Assembly: GCA_041618535.1 (NCBI GenBank) | Contig: JBFKFP010000001.1 | Coordinates: forward strand, 33,146-97,145 | Reading direction: 5' to 3' | DNA length: 64,000 nt | Source: Flavobacteriaceae bacterium | GTDB lineage: Bacteria > Bacteroidota > Bacteroidia > Flavobacteriales > Flavobacteriaceae | Shown here: positions 48,155-56,447 of the stretch, one piece after another | How positions within the stretch are numbered: the stretch's first letter is position 1 | Layout of the letters: every line of letters begins with the position of its first letter | Made by a program: the position numbers and the translations under genes | The notes under the pieces: generated by a model | Database searches by the model: none | Told to the model about the DNA's origin: nothing | What the model saw: only the letters and a program-made list of their open reading frames with translations

Positions 48155-49275
48155 AGTATCTCTGTTAATGCGTTAATCAATTCATCCATTTGTTCTTCCT
48201 GAACCGATAATGGTGGCAAAAGCCTTATAAGTTGAGGATCATTAGAGCTACCGGTAAAAATGGAATGATCAAACAAAAGTTTCTTTCTCATCTCCGCAAC
48301 TTCAAAATCGAATTTCAATCCCAGCATCAGACCCCTGCCCTTGACCTCCTTTATACCGGGAATATCGGCCGCTCGATTCCGAAAATAAGCGCCCACCGAC
48401 GCCGCATTCCGGAGAAGGCCCTCAGCCATGAGGACATCTATGACAGATATGGCAGCCGTACATGCCAGGTGGTTACCTCCAAATGTTGTCCCGAGCATAC
48501 CCTTCTTCGGATGGATGTGGTCCCTTATCAGAATACCTCCGACCGGAAAACCATTTCCCATACCCTTTGCCATTGAGATGATGTCCGGTTCAATACCATG
48601 CTTTTGATAAGCAAAGAAATCGCCGGTCCTTCCGAAACCTGATTGAACCTCATCGGCGATTAAGACCGTACCATGTTCCTGACAAAGGCTTTGAATGGAT
48701 CTGTAAAAATCAGAATCGGCCTCATCCAGCCCGCCTATTCCCTGGAGGCACTCCACAATTACCGCGCAGCAGTCTTTTTGTTTTAAAACGGCTTCAGCAG
48801 ATTCAAGGTCACCCAGCTCAATGTGCTTCACCTCATGCCTGTCGTTAAGAGGGGCTACAATTTTAGGATTATCCGTAACCGCTACAGCTGCGGAAGTCCT
48901 TCCGTGAAACCCATTCTTAAAAGCGAGAACCTTGGCCCGTTCAGTAAAAAAGGACGCCAGTTTCAGAGCATTCTCGTTTGCTTCAGCGCCCGAATTACAA
49001 AGAAAGAGCCTGTAATTATTACAGCCCGATATTCCTGATAATTTTTCTGCTAATTCCTCTTGTAACGAATTCAGTACCGCATTGCTGTAAAACCCGATCT
49101 TATCCAGTTGGGCTTTGATCGCCGACACATAGTCGGGATGGGAATGCCCGATTGAGATGACGGCATGACCACCGTACAGATCGAGATATTTTCTCCCGCC
49201 AGCATCATAAATGTAAACATCCCTGGCCTTGACAGGTTCAATAGGATAGACCTTGTAAACATCGAACATCCTCAT
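48151..49275 (-). CDS. argD: Acetyl/succinyl-ornithine aminotransferase
   Basis: 374-aa class III aminotransferase (LIADEVQSGFGRTG, SMAKGMGNGFP). Confidence 0.9.
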   Translation of the reverse strand: MRMFDVYKVYPIEPVKARDVYIYDAGGRKYLDLYGGHAVISIGHSHPDYVSAIKAQLDKIGFYSNAVLNSLQEELAEKLSGISGCNNYRLFLCNSGAEANENALKLASFFTERAKVLAFKNGFHGRTSAAVAVTDNPKIVAPLNDRHEVKHIELGDLESAEAVLKQKDCCAVIVECLQGIGGLDEADSDFYRSIQSLCQEHGTVLIADEVQSGFGRTGDFFAYQKHGIEPDIISMAKGMGNGFPVGGILIRDHIHPKKGMLGTTFGGNHLACTAAISVIDVLMAEGLLRNAASVGAYFRNRAADIPGIKEVKGRGLMLGLKFDFEVAEMRKKLLFDHSIFTGSSNDPQLIRLLPPLSVQEEQMDELINALTEIL

Positions 49276-50072
49276 AATTCAGCATTGTTTAAAGTTTCAA
49301 TCTTCTCATAGCTTGAGACCATCCCCTTTATCAATGCCGAGCTCAAACCCAGGTGCTCCATGGTATTCAGGCCTTCAATGGTACATCCTTTTGGAGTAGT
49401 AACCTTATCGATCTCCTGCTCGGGGTGATGACCGGTCTCAATCAACAATCTGGCAGCCCCCTCACAGGTGAGCATGGCCAGCTGCTGAGCCTTTCCTGCC
49501 TCAAAACCCAATTGTATTGCCGCCTGAGTGGTTGCCCTGATTAATCGCATCCAAAAGGCAATCCCACTGGCACAAACCACGGTTGCAGCCTGCATATCTT
49601 CTTCATCTATAAAAACTGACTGTCCCAGCCTGTTGAAAATAGCTTCCGCTATCTTTATCCTTTGATGACCATTCTTATTGGCCGTCAAACAAGTGATCGA
49701 TCTCCCAACGGAAATAGCCGTATTCGGCATGGCCCTGATAATAAATCTGGTTTCTCCTATAATTCGGCTTATTCGCCGGATCTCAAACCCCGATACGGTG
49801 GATATAATGACATGTTTATCGGTCAGTAATTTGGCAACAGAAATGAGTATATCCTCCAATTGTCCGGGTTGAACAGAAAAGATCAGGATGTCGGAATTCT
49901 TGACCGCTTTTCTATTGTTGGCAGATATTTTTACACCCTTGTATCCCTTAAAATCTTTTATATTCTCGGTATGCCGACAGGTGAGGTACAGGGTGGTGAC
50001 CGCATTGTTTAATATCAATCCTCTTGCGATGGATTTTCCGAGATTTCCTGTTCCGATAATTGCTATTTTCAT
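49272..50072 (-). CDS. proC: Pyrroline-5-carboxylate reductase
   Basis: 266 aa with a Rossmann N-terminus (IAIIGTGNLG) and the C-terminal TTPKGCTIEGL motif. Confidence 0.88.
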   Translation of the reverse strand: MKIAIIGTGNLGKSIARGLILNNAVTTLYLTCRHTENIKDFKGYKGVKISANNRKAVKNSDILIFSVQPGQLEDILISVAKLLTDKHVIISTVSGFEIRRISRIIGETRFIIRAMPNTAISVGRSITCLTANKNGHQRIKIAEAIFNRLGQSVFIDEEDMQAATVVCASGIAFWMRLIRATTQAAIQLGFEAGKAQQLAMLTCEGAARLLIETGHHPEQEIDKVTTPKGCTIEGLNTMEHLGLSSALIKGMVSSYEKIETLNNAEL

Positions 50073-50081
50073 TTTGACTCT

Positions 50082-51059
50082 TTAAAAATAACTCGCCTTA
50101 AGTTTCAAGCCCGTGTCCTCTTCCAGTCCGAACATCAGGTTCAAATTTTGAACAGCCTGTCCCGATGCGCCTTTAATCAGGTTGTCAATTGCACTGCTGA
50201 TGAGCAGTAGCTTCCCATGCTTATGAAGATGGATCCTGCATTGGTTGGTGTTCACAACCTGCTTCAGATGAACATCATTCCGGGAGAGAAGGACAAAGGG
50301 GTGATCTTTGTAAAATGCTTCGAATATTTCATAGGCCTGGTCAAGGGTTCCGTCGTAATCAGTATAGACAGAGGCAAAAATACCCCTCGAAAAATTTCCC
50401 CTGTGGGGAATAAAATTTATCTCACGATCGAAGTCTTGCTGCATTTCGCAAACCGATTGCCTGATCTCATCCAGATGCTGATGGGTAAATGGTTTATAGG
50501 ATGAAAAATTATTGTCTCTCCAGGGAAAATGGGAAGTAGCGGTAGTCGAAGCTCCTGCTCCCGTTGCACCGGTTACCGCGCTAACATGTACATCGGATTT
50601 CAGAATTTTAACTGCCGCTAAGGGTAATAGTGCCAGTTCAATTGCAGTTGCAAAACATCCAGGGTTTGCCACGTACTTAGCCTGTTTTATCTCAGCTTTA
50701 TTCAATTCAGGCAGCCCATATACAAAGGCGGTGTCATGAATTTCATCTTCACCTTTTAGCCTGTAATCATTGCTCAGGTCTACTACTTTCGCCCTTGATT
50801 CCGACCATATGTTTGTTAAAAAGTTTCGCGATTTTCCATGCCCCATACATAAGAAAATAATGTCCACATCATCAGATAACTCATCGGTGAAAACCAGGTC
50901 AAGGTAACCTTCCAGGTCGCTGTGGACAGTCCAGACCGGCTTTCCCGGAATGGATGAACTGTATACATATCGGATATCGGCATAAGGGTGATCCACCAGG
51001 AGTCGCATCAATTCGCCTGATGTATATCCTGACCCACCAATAATTCCCACTTTTATCAT
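50082..51059 (-). CDS. argC: N-acyl-gamma-glutamyl-phosphate reductase
   Basis: 325 aa with GIIGGSGYTSGEL and the active-site NPGCFAT. Confidence 0.9.
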   Translation of the reverse strand: MIKVGIIGGSGYTSGELMRLLVDHPYADIRYVYSSSIPGKPVWTVHSDLEGYLDLVFTDELSDDVDIIFLCMGHGKSRNFLTNIWSESRAKVVDLSNDYRLKGEDEIHDTAFVYGLPELNKAEIKQAKYVANPGCFATAIELALLPLAAVKILKSDVHVSAVTGATGAGASTTATSHFPWRDNNFSSYKPFTHQHLDEIRQSVCEMQQDFDREINFIPHRGNFSRGIFASVYTDYDGTLDQAYEIFEAFYKDHPFVLLSRNDVHLKQVVNTNQCRIHLHKHGKLLLISSAIDNLIKGASGQAVQNLNLMFGLEEDTGLKLKASYF

Positions 51060-52243
51060 GACTTTAATGTTTTATATTGCTGATATATCTTGGTCTGATT
51101 CGAATAAATCTTTATAAATCCTTTTGCGTCATCGGCAGACCAGGCTTTGTTATATTCACCATATTTACCGAAGTCTGATCTCATAAGATCCGTTTCAGAT
51201 TCAACGCCATCCAGGGTGAAATGGTAGGGTTTGAGAGTGACATGGACCGTACCAGAAACAATGGCCTGGCTGCTCTGGAAAAAAGCTTCGATGTCCCGCA
51301 TTACAGGATCTAAGAAAAGGCCTTCATGAAGGTGCATGCCATACCACTGAGCGAGGCTATCCTTATGTTGCAACTGCCATTTTGAAAGGGTGTGTTTTTC
51401 AAGTAAGTGATGTGCCTTAATAAGAATAATTGCAGCAGCTGCCTCAAATCCGACCCTGCCTTTTATTCCAAGGATGGTATCACCTACATGAATATCCCTT
51501 CCGATAGCAAATTTTGATGCGAGCGACTCTATGAATTGTATATTGGTAACAGGGTCGGCATGTTTCCCGTTAACAGCAACGCATTCTCCCTTTTCAAAGG
51601 TAATTTTCATTTCTTCAGAATCAATTCGCTCCAATTGAGAAGGATAGGCATGCTCAGGAAGAGGTTTGTCGGAGGTCAGGGTTTCATCCCCTCCCACGCT
51701 GGTACCCCAAAGCCCTGAATTAATAGAATATTTGGCCTTATTCCATTCGATATCAATGCCATTTTCAATGAGATAAGCAATCTCTTCCTGTCTTGATAAT
51801 TTTTTGTCACGAATGGGCGTGATGATTTCCATCTGCGGAGCGATGGCCTGGAAGATCATATCGAAACGCACCTGGTCGTTTCCTGCTCCCGTGCTTCCAT
51901 GAGCGATGCAATCGGCATTGACAGAACTGGCATATTGAACAATCTCCAGGGCCTGAACAATCCTTTCTGCACTTACCGATAACGGATAAGCATTGTTTTT
52001 CAAGACATTTCCGAATATCAAATACCTGATCACGGAGCGGTAGTACTTGTCCAATGCATCGATATGCCTGAACTCCTTTACTCCCAGCTGCCTTGCTTTT
52101 TTCTCTATTTGCATCATCTCTTCAGAATCAAATCCACCTGTATTCACGCAAACAGCGTGAACCTCATATCCTGACTCTGTCAGATATTTGGCGCAGTAGG
52201 AAGTGTCCAAACCGCCACTGTAGGCCAAAACTAATTTTTTCAT
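51056..52243 (-). CDS. argG: Argininosuccinate synthase
   Basis: 395 aa with the PP-loop AYSGGLDTS. Confidence 0.92.
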   Translation of the reverse strand: MKKLVLAYSGGLDTSYCAKYLTESGYEVHAVCVNTGGFDSEEMMQIEKKARQLGVKEFRHIDALDKYYRSVIRYLIFGNVLKNNAYPLSVSAERIVQALEIVQYASSVNADCIAHGSTGAGNDQVRFDMIFQAIAPQMEIITPIRDKKLSRQEEIAYLIENGIDIEWNKAKYSINSGLWGTSVGGDETLTSDKPLPEHAYPSQLERIDSEEMKITFEKGECVAVNGKHADPVTNIQFIESLASKFAIGRDIHVGDTILGIKGRVGFEAAAAIILIKAHHLLEKHTLSKWQLQHKDSLAQWYGMHLHEGLFLDPVMRDIEAFFQSSQAIVSGTVHVTLKPYHFTLDGVESETDLMRSDFGKYGEYNKAWSADDAKGFIKIYSNQTKIYQQYKTLKS

Positions 52244-52863
52244 GATGTTGATTTTTTTGAAGGCTTTAAAAACAAATTCTGTTTGATCCGCTGCAATCGC
52301 CGAAAAACTTTATCCTGTATCTTTCTCGGTTTCCGCGAATTAAGAGCGGGGTCGAAAAGCATGCCCGTGCAAAGGCACATGCTCTGGTTGGTCCTCTGGA
52401 GCACATCGTAGTTCTTGCAGGTCTGGCAACCATTCCAAAACTGCTGGTCGTCTGTCAACTCAGAGAACGTAACCGGTTTATAGCCCAATTCCGAATTCAT
52501 TTTCATAACCGCCAGTCCGGTTGTGATACTGAACACCTTGGCGCTGGGATATTTCTTTCTTGAGTGGTTGAATACCACTTTTTTAATTCTCTTTGCGAGG
52601 CCCTGGCCCCTGAAATCCGGATGAACGATTAGTCCGCTGTTAGCGACAAATTTCCCATGGCCCCATGTTTCGATATAACAGAATCCTGCAAAAGTATTTC
52701 CGTCTAAAGCGATAACGGCGTTCCCGTTTTCTATCTTGGAAATGATGTATTCAGGTTTCCGCCTGGCAATACCCGTTCCTCTCACCTGGGCAGCCTGCTC
52801 AATGGTGTCGCATATTTGATTAGCGTAACTGATATGTGATTTATCTGCGATTACAACTCTCAT
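52240..52863 (-). CDS. GNAT-family acyltransferase leading the arg operon (candidate N-acyl-glutamate synthase)
   Basis: 207 aa with the GNAT acyl-CoA motif (RGQGLAKRI) and a C-terminal 4-Cys segment (CQTC....CLC). It is the first gene of the operon and overlaps argG by 4 nt. Confidence 0.6.
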   Translation of the reverse strand: MRVVIADKSHISYANQICDTIEQAAQVRGTGIARRKPEYIISKIENGNAVIALDGNTFAGFCYIETWGHGKFVANSGLIVHPDFRGQGLAKRIKKVVFNHSRKKYPSAKVFSITTGLAVMKMNSELGYKPVTFSELTDDQQFWNGCQTCKNYDVLQRTNQSMCLCTGMLFDPALNSRKPRKIQDKVFRRLQRIKQNLFLKPSKKSTS

Positions 52864-53260
52864 TGCACTCGTTATTTTAATTGGTAAAAGATTTGAATTT
52901 CATACAGAACCGGACTCACCTGGGTTCCAAAAATCATAGCACACCCTTACGGGCGACGAGGAGTAATGCGTGCAAGGGGAAATTGAAGCTGATCTTGCTG
53001 CTCTGGAAAGAAAATGATATGATGGAAAATAAATGACATGAAAAAACAATTAAAGGGAAACAAGTTAAGATAGACCTAGAAACGGCGGCGAAGTCCCGGT
53101 CGTACCGGTGACGGAGAATAAATCCTGATATAATTATTTCTTCGTTTCATCTTTGTAAAACTAAAAAAATAAATTTCCCGGACTGCCTAAAAAGTGAAAA
53201 AATATAAAATTTTACGAAATTCTCAATTTTCCAAGTCTTTGACTTTCAAATATGCAACAA

Positions 53261-53290
53261 TAAAAAAAGGAATCCCCTCTCGATTCCTTT
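53261..53290 (-). terminator. Intrinsic terminator ending the DUF1080 operon
   Basis: Minus strand reads AGGAAUC-GAGAGGG-GAUUCCU (7 bp) followed by U7, about 30 nt after the stop at 53317. Confidence 0.85.
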
Positions 53291-53316
53291 TAATAAAAAC
53301 GCAACGGATTTAATTT

Positions 53317-54615
53317 TTACAGTTTTTTGATCTTGATGTTTCTGAACCAAACGGTATCATCATGATCTTGAAGGCCTATTTTTCCTGGTCCTACCGAACC
53401 AAAATTATCGATGTAAGGAGAGAATTTGCTGTTCGCTATCATCTCTTTCCACCTACTCGAACCCAGGTCAAAACTCAATACCATTTTCCCATTCATCCAA
53501 TGCTCAACTTTGCCCTGGTTTTTAACAATTCTAATCGCATTCCATTCATTGGCCCCCTTTGTCCGGCGCTCAGAACAAGGGATCAAATCGTATAAATCCC
53601 CAGATCTGTGTGATCTGATCATTCCGTCCTTCTGTCCCTGATCATGAAGAACCTGCATTTCTGGACTAGAGTTCCAACCCTCATAGTATTCGGGAATTTC
53701 CTGGACCGTGTAAAAAATACCACTGTTCCCATTTTCAGAAATTTTCCATTCCATCCTGAGCTCAAAATTTTCAAAGGCCTCATCAGTCACTATATCCAGG
53801 CCACCGTCACGAGCCTTGTTGATATCGGCATGGTAGAACAGTTTTCCACCAACCTTGTATTCAAAGTACTTGTCGTACCCATTAAATTTCAACATCCCGT
53901 CTTCAACAACCCATCGAGATCCTATCTCACCGGGTTTATTGTAGGTATGCCATCCATCGGTAGATTTACCGTCAAACAGTAATTCCCAGCCTTCCGCAAT
54001 TTCTTCTTCTGTAAGCTGATTCGAGTCCTGTTCTTCTTCATCCGCATCGCTTCCCTTCCACGGTGCGACATCCACTATTGAGGAGTTTTTAAAAAAATGA
54101 TCTGGAATAACTTCATAATCCTCACCATCTCTTGACCATTCGAGGACCAACAGAGGATCGTACTCACAAGGATAGTAGCTGAAATCAAAGACAGAAGGCC
54201 CTTTTTTAAGTTTTCTTCGTCCTGTTATTTCAGATTTGTCATGTTTTCCAAAATCAATAACGAGATCGACATTATTAAGAGAAATTCCAGCCTTGCCAGA
54301 ACTGATCATTCTGAAATAATAATCTCCATCTTCCGGTATTTCAATAACTCCCACACCTTTGACAAAGAAACTGTTCCAGCTGGTGCCGAAATCGGATGCT
54401 GAGTCCATGTTAATATTGTTAAATAAAATTCGCTCTTGCTCTACCTCAGGATCGGTATTTTCATCAATCCATTCGGAATTGATATTGATCAACAGAGCTT
54501 CATATCCCTGGTTCATAGGTTCTTTTTCGTTTGAATATTCAACTTTATCCTCTTTTTCCTTACATCCGAATACCACCCCCAGACTAAAAATCAGCAGTAG
54601 AACATATTTATTCAT
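53317..54615 (-). CDS. Lipoprotein: N-terminal PA14-like domain fused to DUF1080 (3-keto-disaccharide hydrolase-like) domain
   Basis: 432 aa with the lipobox VVFGC. The PA14-like segment is EDGDYYFRMISSGKAGISLNN. The C-terminal DUF1080 hallmarks are LFDGKSTDGW and GLQDHDDTVWFRNIKIK. Confidence 0.7.
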   Translation of the reverse strand: MNKYVLLLIFSLGVVFGCKEKEDKVEYSNEKEPMNQGYEALLININSEWIDENTDPEVEQERILFNNINMDSASDFGTSWNSFFVKGVGVIEIPEDGDYYFRMISSGKAGISLNNVDLVIDFGKHDKSEITGRRKLKKGPSVFDFSYYPCEYDPLLVLEWSRDGEDYEVIPDHFFKNSSIVDVAPWKGSDADEEEQDSNQLTEEEIAEGWELLFDGKSTDGWHTYNKPGEIGSRWVVEDGMLKFNGYDKYFEYKVGGKLFYHADINKARDGGLDIVTDEAFENFELRMEWKISENGNSGIFYTVQEIPEYYEGWNSSPEMQVLHDQGQKDGMIRSHRSGDLYDLIPCSERRTKGANEWNAIRIVKNQGKVEHWMNGKMVLSFDLGSSRWKEMIANSKFSPYIDNFGSVGPGKIGLQDHDDTVWFRNIKIKKL

Positions 54616-54625
54616 TTCAATTCAA

Positions 54626-55390
54626 TTATTTTATCTCTTTTATCTTAATATTTCTGAACCACACCTCGTCACCATGGTCCTGCAACCCGATATGCCCTAA
54701 GGTATATTTTCCAAAACCATTCCAGTCTTTAAATTTTGATCCTGCCACAAGATTTTCCCATTCTTCACCTGACAAGGAAAAGTTAAATGCCTTATTTCCA
54801 TTCATTTCCACCGAGGCCATATTAGAACGATGATCGACTTGCAGAATGCAGGTATTCCATTGATTGTATGGTTTTATCAAAGCGGGATCGCAAGCTATCA
54901 TGTCAAATAAGGAACCCGCAGCATGGGTTCCGTTTGCGGCAGTGCCCTCTTCATTATTGTCATTATCAAGAATTTGAATTTCAGGGCCCGTCAAGTACGG
55001 CTGGGAATAATCATCACTCTCAAAAACGCCCCAAAAAATACCGCTGTTCCCTCCTTTGGAAACCTTCCATTCAAGGGTCAGAATAAAGTTCTCAAACTTT
55101 TTCCTTGATATTATATTATGTGATCCCGGTTTCCCCGGAATAAAATGCATACTGCCATCCTGGATCTCCCAGGAATCTGAAATTTCAGAAGATCCGTATC
55201 CCCTCCATTCATCAAAATCAGTTCCATCAAACAAAATCAACCACTCCTGGTTTGAGTGATCAATTTCAGCGTTTTGGCCCTGACCAACTTCAGCCTTTGG
55301 GTCAAGATTTGGAGATAGTTCTTTCTTGCATGCAAACAATGCAAAAATCGAAAGAAGAGAAATCAATTTAATACGGTGTTTAACTTTCAT
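54626..55390 (-). CDS. DUF1080 (3-keto-disaccharide hydrolase-like) lipoprotein
   Basis: 254 aa with the lipobox ALFAC. Hallmarks are LFDGTDFDEW and GLQDHGDEVWFRNIKIK. Confidence 0.75.
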   Translation of the reverse strand: MKVKHRIKLISLLSIFALFACKKELSPNLDPKAEVGQGQNAEIDHSNQEWLILFDGTDFDEWRGYGSSEISDSWEIQDGSMHFIPGKPGSHNIISRKKFENFILTLEWKVSKGGNSGIFWGVFESDDYSQPYLTGPEIQILDNDNNEEGTAANGTHAAGSLFDMIACDPALIKPYNQWNTCILQVDHRSNMASVEMNGNKAFNFSLSGEEWENLVAGSKFKDWNGFGKYTLGHIGLQDHGDEVWFRNIKIKEIK

Positions 55391-56441
55391 CCAATCCCAA
55401 TATTGATTTTAACTGATCATCGTCCACATCTCCCCCGGCGAAATCGTCAAAGGCCTTTTCGGTGGCCTCGATAATATGGCGTTTTATAAACGGGGCCCCT
55501 TCCCTGGCTCCCTGCTCTGGGCTTTTAATAACACACTCCCATTCCAGAACCGCCCAGACATCACATCCGTATTCGGTCAATTTTGAAAAGATCGTTTTAA
55601 AATCGACCTGCCCGTCACCTGGTGACCGATATCGCCCTGCCCGGTCCCTCCAATCGTTGTAACCTCCAAAAGTTCCTTTCTTTCCCGTTGGATTGAATTC
55701 TGAATCCTTGACATGGAAGGCCTTGATATATTCGTGATAATGATCTATATATTGAATATAGTCGAGCTGTTGAAGAACGAAATGCGATGGATCATATAGG
55801 ATATTCACCGCCTTGTGATTCCCTGTCGCTGCCAAAAATCTTTCGAAAGTATCCCCATCGTGGATATCTTCTACCGGGTGCACCTCATAGCAAACGGCAA
55901 CACCATTATCCTCAAACGCATCCAGTATTGGTTTCCATCTTTTTGCGAGTTCCCTGAAGCCCATGTCGATAAGGCCTTTGGGCTGCTGCGGCCACGGATG
56001 TACGGCAGGCCAGAGCAACGAGCCCGAGAATGTGGCATGCGCTTTAAGTCCGAGTCTCTTACTGGCAACCGCTGCATGTTTCATTTGCTGGACCGCCCAT
56101 TCTGTCCTTCCCTTGTAATTGCCTTTGAGATGATCAGGCGCAAACAGGTCGAACATTATATCATGAGCGGGATGAACTGCAACCAGCTGTCCCTGGATGT
56201 GAGTGGACAATTCGGTGATCTCAAGGCCATAGCTATTGATTTTTCCCTTAAGCTCATCACAATAGGTCTGGCTTTCCGAAGCTTTCTCCAGATCGATAAG
56301 CCGTGAATCAGTGGTAGGGATTTGCACGCCGAGGTAACCCAGGTCACTGGCCCATTTACAAAGGCCATCCAGGGTATTGAAGGGCGGCTGTTCATCCATA
56401 AACTGGGCAAAAAATATGGCGGGTCCTTTAATCGTTCTCAT
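55380..56441 (-). CDS. Xylose-isomerase-like TIM-barrel protein (sugar phosphate isomerase/epimerase family), cytoplasmic
   Basis: 353 aa with no signal peptide. The pattern of conserved E/H/D residues fits the AP-endonuclease-2/IolE-like barrel (YEVHP, LYDPSH, HVKD, EWE). Confidence 0.7.
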   Translation of the reverse strand: MRTIKGPAIFFAQFMDEQPPFNTLDGLCKWASDLGYLGVQIPTTDSRLIDLEKASESQTYCDELKGKINSYGLEITELSTHIQGQLVAVHPAHDIMFDLFAPDHLKGNYKGRTEWAVQQMKHAAVASKRLGLKAHATFSGSLLWPAVHPWPQQPKGLIDMGFRELAKRWKPILDAFEDNGVAVCYEVHPVEDIHDGDTFERFLAATGNHKAVNILYDPSHFVLQQLDYIQYIDHYHEYIKAFHVKDSEFNPTGKKGTFGGYNDWRDRAGRYRSPGDGQVDFKTIFSKLTEYGCDVWAVLEWECVIKSPEQGAREGAPFIKRHIIEATEKAFDDFAGGDVDDDQLKSILGLDES

Positions 56442-56447
56442 AATATG

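Noticed and set aside
52885-52905. ARG-box-like palindrome TGAAATTCA near the start of the arg operon.
   Set aside because: The half-site spacing (TGAA-A-TTCA, 9 nt) does not fit the 18-bp ARG box (TGAAT-N4-ATTCA core). It is a single copy and the context is AT-rich, so a chance match is likely.
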